Below are positions 57,799 through 64,000 of a DNA stretch of 64,000 bases, in pieces (positions within the stretch are counted from its first letter, which is position 1; each line of letters begins with the position of its first letter). This DNA comes from Minisyncoccota bacterium (GTDB lineage: Bacteria > Patescibacteriota > Minisyncoccia > Phycocordibacterales > UBA9973). The stretch lies in NCBI GenBank assembly GCA_036405895.1, contig DASWWS010000002.1:20903-84902 (forward strand). Direction: 5' to 3'. The translations under genes were made by a program, and so were the position numbers. Below the pieces are notes generated by a model. That model made no database searches. It worked only from the letters and a program-made list of their open reading frames with translations, and was not told the DNA's origin.

Positions 57799-58779
57799 TT
57801 ATGGGTGCGCTACAACGTAAGCCTTGGACTTCGGTCCGTAGACACCGTCGGGGGTAAGACCGGCTGATGCCTGGAATTCAATCAATGCCTTTTTAGTCAT
57901 TGGGCCAAACGCTCCGTCAGCGGTAATGCTTGCTCCTGTACCCACACCTTTTTTGATAAGGTATGCCTGGAGTGCGACAACCTCGCTTCCGCGAGAGCCT
58001 ACCATCAGTGTTCCTGTAGAAGATACTCCGGAAGAAGTATTGCTTGAAGTCGAAGCAGGGACGGTGCCAAGCGCATCAATGATTGCGTCAGGAATATCTA
58101 TTCCTTGAATGCGCGCAGAAACAAATTCTGAACGAAAATTTTTTACCAATAACTCTGCAAGTTCTTCCTCGTCATCGTGGTTGTCGAGAATCTCTTCGAG
58201 GTACTCCATCTTTTCCTCAGGAGTAAATACTTTTGTAAAGCGCGGATAGGGGTCGGTCGTGTCATTGTCTTCATCATAGAGCTCAAAGTGAAGATGCGGC
58301 GCGCTTGCAACGGCATTTCCGGTGTGTCCCACATAGCCGACAATATCGCCCACTTTCAATACATCCCCTTCGTCAATATCTGCAATTTCGCTTAAGTGCA
58401 TGTAGACAAAGCGCTCTCCTCCGGGAGCTGCTGTTTGCACGTAGTTCCCCGCTCCTGTCCAAACCCCCATGCCGGTAACAACGGCTTCTGTAGGAGAAAC
58501 AATTGGCGTGCCTTCGGGCGCCATGATATCAAGTCCAATGTGGCTGTGGCCAGCACGCGGGTCCCCGTAGTTTTTTGTCAGATTGCGGAGTGCTACACCA
58601 AAGAGTACAGGTATAGGCAAATCCTCCACCTGGTCGTCATCAAGATTGTTAATTTTAGTCGAAAGCCCGCTACTGCTTCGGCGGCGTGTCTGCGCTTCAG
58701 CAACAGCTGCACCTCCTAAGAGAGAACCTATAATAATAAAGCCCAATACGTACGCGAACATTTTTTTATTCATATGCAT
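57799..58779 (-). CDS. M23-family peptidoglycan metalloendopeptidase with C-terminal PG_binding_1 domain
   Basis: HxxxD (GHSHIGLD) and HLHFE zinc-ligand motifs; C-terminal ...ALQAYLIKKGV...DGAFGPMTKKALIEFQ peptidoglycan-binding repeat. Confidence 0.8.
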   Translation of the reverse strand: MHMNKKMFAYVLGFIIIGSLLGGAAVAEAQTRRRSSSGLSTKINNLDDDQVEDLPIPVLFGVALRNLTKNYGDPRAGHSHIGLDIMAPEGTPIVSPTEAVVTGMGVWTGAGNYVQTAAPGGERFVYMHLSEIADIDEGDVLKVGDIVGYVGHTGNAVASAPHLHFELYDEDNDTTDPYPRFTKVFTPEEKMEYLEEILDNHDDEEELAELLVKNFRSEFVSARIQGIDIPDAIIDALGTVPASTSSNTSSGVSSTGTLMVGSRGSEVVALQAYLIKKGVGTGASITADGAFGPMTKKALIEFQASAGLTPDGVYGPKSKAYVVAHP

Positions 58780-58849
58780 CAGTATACAAGACGAATCACT
58801 GTCATACCTCTTTCATTGACAGATAGAAAATAAAACGTTTAAAAAACTA

Positions 58850-59359
58850 TTATATGGCTCGGCTGTCATAGGCCCAGTGCAGCACCGCTTGGCGTTGCTT
58901 TCTTCGGCAAAACAAATCCCCCTTTCTGCAGGCCGCTGCAATTTGTGCAACATGCCGAACAAATGCACGCCATCGCTTTATTTGCCGCCTATCTTCTTGT
59001 GGAATTCTTCTACCGCTGTAATACCTGCAGTACCACTGAAACCATCCACGAGGATCATCTTTATATATCCATCCTTTTTCTCTCCATACTGAAAGCGGCT
59101 GGCTGGCATTGATGCCAAAAAAATTCAGTGATGGATCATGCTTACTGGAATTGAGTTTGGCTTTTACAAACCATGCTTTTGGAAATTCTTCCATGCAGTC
59201 CGTCATGTACTTCCCTCCAAAGATGCCGAGCTCCAGCATTTGCTGCGGGGTAAGGTCCGGCTTAAACACGGGGTCGAAGTTTTTTCCGACCGGTTCGGTG
59301 CATTCATAGGCGTACCCTTTCTGCATTGTGTCGTTAACAACAATAGTACGCATATGCAC
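58850..59359 (-). CDS. conserved hypothetical protein with Trp/Arg-rich signature (family not recognised)
   Basis: blocks MTDCMEEFPKAWF, NFFGINASQPLSVWREKGWI, DPRGWFQWYCRYYSGRR. Confidence 0.35.
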   Translation of the reverse strand: MHMRTIVVNDTMQKGYAYECTEPVGKNFDPVFKPDLTPQQMLELGIFGGKYMTDCMEEFPKAWFVKAKLNSSKHDPSLNFFGINASQPLSVWREKGWIYKDDPRGWFQWYCRYYSGRRIPQEDRRQIKRWRAFVRHVAQIAAACRKGDLFCRRKQRQAVLHWAYDSRAI

Positions 59360-59366
59360 TGTATAC

Positions 59367-59840
59367 TTATTGTTTCTTTGAGCGCTTGAGAATGAAGCTT
59401 GAGACAGAACTTACAATAGCGCCGAATACAACTGCAAACACTACTTGAAGCCCCATGTCGGTAAGAATGAGTTTGGTTTCGCTCGCGCTCTGCATTCGAT
59501 ACGCAATGCGAACAGATTCCAAAATGCCGCTGTTAAACCATTTGTAGTATGCGAGAAATACGAATGCGGAGATGATACCGAAAAGAAGTGAAATCATCAT
59601 TCCTTCGCGGAAGCCTTGCTTGAAGCTCATCACGCCGTCGAGTATTGCGCGCTTTGTCCGAATACCGAGAAACAATACCACTGCCGGTGCGATGGTCATA
59701 AACAATACTTGGTACCACGCTCCGCTGTTAAAGCTTTGATTGTTGCCGCTCGTTTCCATGAGTACAAGACAGGCAATGGTGAAGCAAGAAAGAATCAGTG
59801 CGTAGTTCCAGTGATTTCGTGAAAATATAGTCATATACAA
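59367..59840 (-). CDS. DUF4199-like 4-TM membrane protein
   Basis: hydropathy and size. Confidence 0.35.
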   Translation of the reverse strand: MYMTIFSRNHWNYALILSCFTIACLVLMETSGNNQSFNSGAWYQVLFMTIAPAVVLFLGIRTKRAILDGVMSFKQGFREGMMISLLFGIISAFVFLAYYKWFNSGILESVRIAYRMQSASETKLILTDMGLQVVFAVVFGAIVSSVSSFILKRSKKQ

Positions 59841-59875
59841 CAGTATAAACTAAATAGGCAAGTACTCCACCTTCT

Positions 59876-60379
59876 TTGCTGATGCTATACTGTACCCGCA
59901 TGGACCCCGAAGTACAAAACCACCCTTCTGTCGGACCCACTCACACGAGTACGCTCGACGAAAAAATAACCGCAATGGCGCACGAACTGCATGTTGAAGT
60001 GCCTGAAGGAGCGCTTCCCTTATCACTGAAGCTTGTCTGCGTGTTTACGCTCATTGGAGGACTGAGTATTATCGGCAGTCTTTTTGTCGACATCATCCGG
60101 CCGAGCAACACAATCAGCGCAGGGCTCTATATCATGCGCCTTGCGGTGGGCGTTACTGCCGTGGGAGCAGCCTATGGCATCATCCGCAAAGAGCGATGGA
60201 CCATGTGGTTCTATGGAGTACTTATGATGATGGGCTTGTTCCTCAACCCCGTCACCGCCGTCATCCCGGCACTGGTGCTTGTCTCTCTCTATCGTACCCG
60301 CCACCTGCTTGCACCCTCAAAACTCGATTTGATGATTGAATACTACTGGGAAGTGATAAAGAACAAGCTTCGCGAATAA
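59876..60379 (+). CDS. hypothetical 3-4 TM membrane protein immediately upstream of UbiA-family prenyltransferase
   Basis: 167 aa (ATG candidates 59876/59900); hydrophobic; position analogous to small carotenoid-cyclase subunits in some clusters (speculative). Confidence 0.3.
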   Translation: MLMLYCTRMDPEVQNHPSVGPTHTSTLDEKITAMAHELHVEVPEGALPLSLKLVCVFTLIGGLSIIGSLFVDIIRPSNTISAGLYIMRLAVGVTAVGAAYGIIRKERWTMWFYGVLMMMGLFLNPVTAVIPALVLVSLYRTRHLLAPSKLDLMIEYYWEVIKNKLRE

Positions 60380-61242
60380 TGTGCGATACTGAGGGGATGA
60401 ATTGTATTACTCTCCTTCGCATCAGCCGTCCGCGCTTTTGGCTCTATGAAGCCGCAACGTTTGCACTCATTGGCGCAGTCGCCGGAGCCGCCGATACAGC
60501 ATTTCTTTCAGATTGGCGTTTTTGGACATTTACTCTTTATTTCCTTATTCCCGCCAACCTGCTGATATACGGCGTCAATGATATCTACGACTACGAGACA
60601 GATCGACTCAATCCCAAAAAAGGATTATACGAAGTACTCGTGCATCCGGATATGCACAGCACGCTATGGAAATGGATCATCTTTACCACGCTCCCGTTTC
60701 TCTTTTTTATTCCCTCTTCATTCCCCCTTATTGCATCATTTGCTGCATTTCTTTTTTTTGCACTAATGTATTCAGCAAAACCAATCCGCGCAAAAGCAAT
60801 TCCAATTCTTGATTCGCTCTTTTCAGCAGGGCATTATGTTGCAACGGGGGTCTTTGGATACTACCTTGCAGGCGGCACGGTATTTCCGTGGATTGGAGTA
60901 ATCGCGGGCATGTCGTGGGCAATTGCCATGCATGCCGTGAGTGCCGTTCCGGATATTGAAGCCGATACTCGAGCAGGCCTTTCTACCATTGCAACGCTTT
61001 TGGGCAAGCGCGGCACGCTTTCACTGTGCGTGATATTGTACGGAGTTGCCGCAGTTATTACCCGCGATATCCTCCCGCTTGCAAGCATGGTGGGTGGATT
61101 TGCTTTTATCTATGCAATGCACCGAATGTTCCGCGCACGCACACAAGCCGCACTCTTTCGCGAATACACCTACTTCCCGCTACTCAATACAACAGTCGGA
61201 GCACTCGTATCGATTACGCTGATGCTGAGCCTTTTCTCTTAA
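60379..61242 (+). CDS. UbiA-family prenyltransferase (lycopene elongase CrtEb/LyeJ-like candidate)
   Basis: NDIYDYETD (NDxxDxxxD) and second Asp-rich region DIEAD; 8-9 TM; adjacent to crtI/crtB. Confidence 0.6.
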   Translation: MCDTEGMNCITLLRISRPRFWLYEAATFALIGAVAGAADTAFLSDWRFWTFTLYFLIPANLLIYGVNDIYDYETDRLNPKKGLYEVLVHPDMHSTLWKWIIFTTLPFLFFIPSSFPLIASFAAFLFFALMYSAKPIRAKAIPILDSLFSAGHYVATGVFGYYLAGGTVFPWIGVIAGMSWAIAMHAVSAVPDIEADTRAGLSTIATLLGKRGTLSLCVILYGVAAVITRDILPLASMVGGFAFIYAMHRMFRARTQAALFREYTYFPLLNTTVGALVSITLMLSLFS

Positions 61243-62750
61243 ATCTTCTCCAGTGGAAACGGGTCGGCAATTCCTTCGATGCGCTTGTACGCAAGCTCAG
61301 CCGAAATAAGGCAGATAGGCATGCCGATTCCAGGATTGGTGCCGGCTCCCACAAAATACAAGTTCGGGATCTTTGGATGAATATTGTTTGGGCGGAAAAT
61401 CGCCGTCTGCCCGAGAGTATGAGCCAGGCCAAGCGCTGTCCCCTTAAAGGCATTGTAGTCCGCAATAAAGTCTTTGATGCAGTATGAGCGCTCGACAACA
61501 ATGCGGCTCGCAAGGTCCGGTGCCTCAAACGCTGTGGCAAGTTCAGCTATCACCTTGTCGCGATACTCTTTCACAAATGCTTCAGTATATTCAAGCCCAG
61601 GCGCTATGGGAACCAGTACAAAAAGGTTCTCGCACCCCTCTGGTGCAACAGTGCTGTCGGTTTTTGACGGTGCGCAGACATACAGTGATGGGTCAGTCGG
61701 CCAGGATTTTGTTTTTCCGAATATTTGAGAAAAGCTTTCTTCCCAGTGCTCCGAGAAAATAAGGTTGTGATGTCGCGCCTTTGGAAGCGTGCCTGAAACG
61801 CCGAGGTATAAAATAAACGCGCTTGGCGCAAGCGTGCGCTTGTTCCATGAGCGGTCTGAATACTGCTGGTATTCTCCTCCCAACAGCACGCGATCAGTGT
61901 GCACAATGTCCGCATTGGAAACAACAATATCCGCGCGGTGTTCGGTGCCGTTTGCAAGAAGCACTCCCTGCGCGCGGCCACCCTCTACGATGATTTTTTC
62001 AACCGGCGCATTGGTGATGACGCTCACTCCGTATTTTTTCGCAATTGACTCAAGTGCCCGTGGGACCGAAACAATACCGCCTTTAGGGTACCAAATACCC
62101 AGCCCGAAATCGACATAGTTCATCATGCTGTATATTCCCGGCGTGTCGCCCGGTGCGGTGCCCAAGAGCACGGTCTGATACTGCATCACCTTTCGCAGAA
62201 TCTCGCTCTTGAACAACTTTTCAATGATTGCTTTTTGCTTCTTAAACAGCGGAAGCTTCGCGCCAAGCTTCATTACCCGCTTGTTGAAAAAATCAAAAAT
62301 AGAGTCGTAGTTTTTGTACATAAACTCGTGTTTTGCGATTTCGTACTGCTCTTTGGTGGTTGCCAAGAATTCCTCGAGCACTTTTCCGGAACCGGATTCA
62401 AATGACTCAAACGTCGCTTTGTTCTTTTCGATGTCACCGTAAAAATCGTGGTGCGTGCCGTCGCTTTTCAAAAAAATGCGGTATGAAGGAGAGAGCTTTT
62501 CAAGGGAGAGGTATTCTTCGATATGTTCACCCATCATAGAGAAATAGTGCTCGAACACGTCCGGCATCATGTACCAGCTCGGCCCCATATCAAAGGTATA
62601 GCCGTCTTTCTGCCACAATCGGGCACGGCCTCCAATTGATTCGTTTTTCTCGATAACTGTCACGGCATACCCGCGCTTTGCAAGCATGGCTGCAAGCGAA
62701 AGTCCGCCAAGGCCGGCTCCGATGATTAGTGCGCTTTTTTTGTGTTCCAT
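61239..62750 (-). CDS. crtI: phytoene desaturase-family FAD oxidoreductase (CrtI/CrtN-like)
   Basis: N-terminal dinucleotide fold ALIIGAGLGGLSLAAMLAKRGYAVTVIEKNESIGGRA; length 503 aa typical. Confidence 0.8.
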   Translation of the reverse strand: MEHKKSALIIGAGLGGLSLAAMLAKRGYAVTVIEKNESIGGRARLWQKDGYTFDMGPSWYMMPDVFEHYFSMMGEHIEEYLSLEKLSPSYRIFLKSDGTHHDFYGDIEKNKATFESFESGSGKVLEEFLATTKEQYEIAKHEFMYKNYDSIFDFFNKRVMKLGAKLPLFKKQKAIIEKLFKSEILRKVMQYQTVLLGTAPGDTPGIYSMMNYVDFGLGIWYPKGGIVSVPRALESIAKKYGVSVITNAPVEKIIVEGGRAQGVLLANGTEHRADIVVSNADIVHTDRVLLGGEYQQYSDRSWNKRTLAPSAFILYLGVSGTLPKARHHNLIFSEHWEESFSQIFGKTKSWPTDPSLYVCAPSKTDSTVAPEGCENLFVLVPIAPGLEYTEAFVKEYRDKVIAELATAFEAPDLASRIVVERSYCIKDFIADYNAFKGTALGLAHTLGQTAIFRPNNIHPKIPNLYFVGAGTNPGIGMPICLISAELAYKRIEGIADPFPLEKI

Positions 62751-63628
62751 AGTGTTGTGGTGATTATTGAAAATTTGCGCACAGTACTGGTGCGGACCCG
62801 CCCCTTAAAACTATCGTACCCTCGCATTTCGATCTCGTCGAGAATTGCCGAGTAGAGCGCGCTTGCAACCGCCACGGCGCGATGCCCGCGCGGATGCAAC
62901 AGTGCAATCCCTTTGTCGCTCTCTCGAAAAAGCGCGCGGGCACGCCCCATTTGAAATTGCATGAGCGCCTTCCACGCATCGTCTGTGCGCTTCTCGGCAA
63001 TATGCATCTCTGTTACGCCATAGCGCTCCATGTCTTCGCGCGGCAAATAGATGCGGTTGCGAAGCATATAGTCTTCATCAATATCGCGCAGAAAGTTTGT
63101 CAGCTGCATGGCGTCTCCCAATGCTTTAGCGTACGGGAGCGCGCCTTCCTCAAAGCCAATGAGGTGCGTCATCATCAGCCCTACTGCAGCAGCGGATCCG
63201 TACATATACTCTTCGAGCGCCTCGTATGTTTCGTAGCGCTCTACCGTAAGGTCCATTGCCATGCTTTTAAGAAAGGCACGAGAGTATTCAAATGGAATAG
63301 TATATTGGTCGTGCACACTTTTAGCAGCGATCATAATCGGGTTTGCGCCGGCCGGCAGTTCGCCCGCCACAAGCGCTTCCCAGTCTGCAGTCCATTTCGC
63401 AAGTTCAGCTGCTCCCTTTGCATGGTCAGGCTCGGTGTCTACCATTTCGTCCGGAATCCGAACAAAGGCATACAGTATCCACGTTGCCTCCCGAAGCGCG
63501 CGAGGAAAAAACCAGGTGGCGCGATAATAGCTCGTGCCGTAAAAACGGGTAATGTCGCGCGCTTTTGTAATGGCTTCTTTTGTAATCATGGATGACAGCA
63601 CGCGAAGGTAACGGAGCCATTGTAGCAT
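62726..63628 (-). CDS. crtB: phytoene/squalene synthase-family protein (CrtB-like)
   Basis: isoprenoid synthase fold with Asp-rich motifs (IPDEMVDTEP; DIDEDY); overlaps crtI. Confidence 0.75.
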   Translation of the reverse strand: MLQWLRYLRVLSSMITKEAITKARDITRFYGTSYYRATWFFPRALREATWILYAFVRIPDEMVDTEPDHAKGAAELAKWTADWEALVAGELPAGANPIMIAAKSVHDQYTIPFEYSRAFLKSMAMDLTVERYETYEALEEYMYGSAAAVGLMMTHLIGFEEGALPYAKALGDAMQLTNFLRDIDEDYMLRNRIYLPREDMERYGVTEMHIAEKRTDDAWKALMQFQMGRARALFRESDKGIALLHPRGHRAVAVASALYSAILDEIEMRGYDSFKGRVRTSTVRKFSIITTTLWNTKKAH

Positions 63629-63646
63629 ACGAGTGTTTACCTCCCT

Positions 63647-63677
63647 TAAACTAGCAAGGACCGTCCTTGCTAGTTTA
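63647..63677. repeat. type B hairpin repeat, perfect 15+1+15 palindrome (taaactagcaaggac-c-gtccttgctagttta), abutting stop of 63678..63941
   Basis: read directly. Confidence 0.9.
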
Positions 63678-63941
63678 TTACTTCGCCTTCTCAGCCCACT
63701 TCACAAACAATTCCTTCGGAAGTTTTACATTCGAAACATCCTTCGTCGCAATTTCTTCCACCGGGTACTTGTTGATGAGGTTCATCTCCCACTGGGTGTC
63801 TATGTCATCGACAATTTCGTACGCACGCTCAAGATCTTTGTCTTCAAATGCAATTTCCTCTTCTGAAATATATTCGCTCACAAATCGGTCTGCCCACTCT
63901 GCAATGTCTGCATGAGTGACAGTATCAGAAGAAATGCCCAT
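63678..63941 (-). CDS. hypothetical acidic protein (87 aa)
   Basis: ORF only; no motifs. Confidence 0.3.
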   Translation of the reverse strand: MGISSDTVTHADIAEWADRFVSEYISEEEIAFEDKDLERAYEIVDDIDTQWEMNLINKYPVEEIATKDVSNVKLPKELFVKWAEKAK

Positions 63942-64000
63942 ATCCAGGACTTTTCGAAGAGAAGCAAGAGTGAAGGGCAGTTTGATTGCGGGGTCTGTAG

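Noticed and set aside
6852-63677. Hairpin repeats as a CRISPR array
   Set aside because: Repeats are self-complementary palindromes with irregular spacing (3 nt to tens of kb), no unique spacers of constant length, and no cas genes; REP/MITE-like instead.
1-64000. rRNA, tmRNA, RNase P, riboswitch candidates
   Set aside because: No stretches with rRNA-like conserved blocks; only one tRNA found; 5' leaders inspected (rpsB, rpoB, secG) show no recognisable riboswitch consensus (e.g. no TPP/SAM/glycine signatures).

Overview
The window reads as a 64 kb chromosomal segment of a streamlined bacterium (about 50% GC, weak Shine-Dalgarno usage, tiny intergenic gaps, a short ProRS without an editing domain, and no rimM in the rpsP operon). 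A candidate-phyla/Patescibacteria-like lineage is possible but not proven. Most genes are housekeeping: tgt, mreBC, proS, rpsB-tsf, tRNA-Thr, a contiguous rpoB-rpoC-dnaG-rpoD block, rpsP-KH-trmD, rnr, groESL, secG, rnj, htrA, and cell-wall and envelope enzymes.

Two things stand out. First, a ~7.5 kb AT-rich defense island at 27.7-35.2 kb sits between a hypothetical gene and the groEL stop codon. It carries three stacked immune modules: a DpnII/MboI-type GATC R-M system (a Dam-like alpha methyltransferase, a DpnA-like beta methyltransferase, and an unusually short, apparently N-terminally truncated DpnII-family endonuclease candidate); a Shedu-like DUF4263 PD-(D/E)xK nuclease with a GTG start and an uncharacterised N-terminal domain; and a Gabija pair (GajA, an OLD-type ABC-ATPase plus TOPRIM protein, overlapping GajB, a UvrD-like helicase). 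Second, a family of small perfect hairpin repeats with an invariant GGAC-N-GTCC core and three arm types that stay complementary within each copy. There are at least 11 copies at 6 loci. They almost always abut stop codons of convergent genes, one copy is inserted in-frame (9 codons) inside a GT39-like membrane glycosyltransferase gene, and a composite pair flanks a MutY-like HhH-GPD gene on both sides in inverted order. No RAYT or transposase is visible in the window.

Other notable items are a secreted two-domain (TIMP/NTR-like plus Kazal-like) inhibitor candidate, a mannoside-type glycoside operon (HAD, cupin PMI, GH130, GT4 fused to a hydrolase-like barrel), and a crtB-crtI-UbiA-prenyltransferase carotenoid cluster. 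No CRISPR array, rRNA, integrase or transposase was seen.
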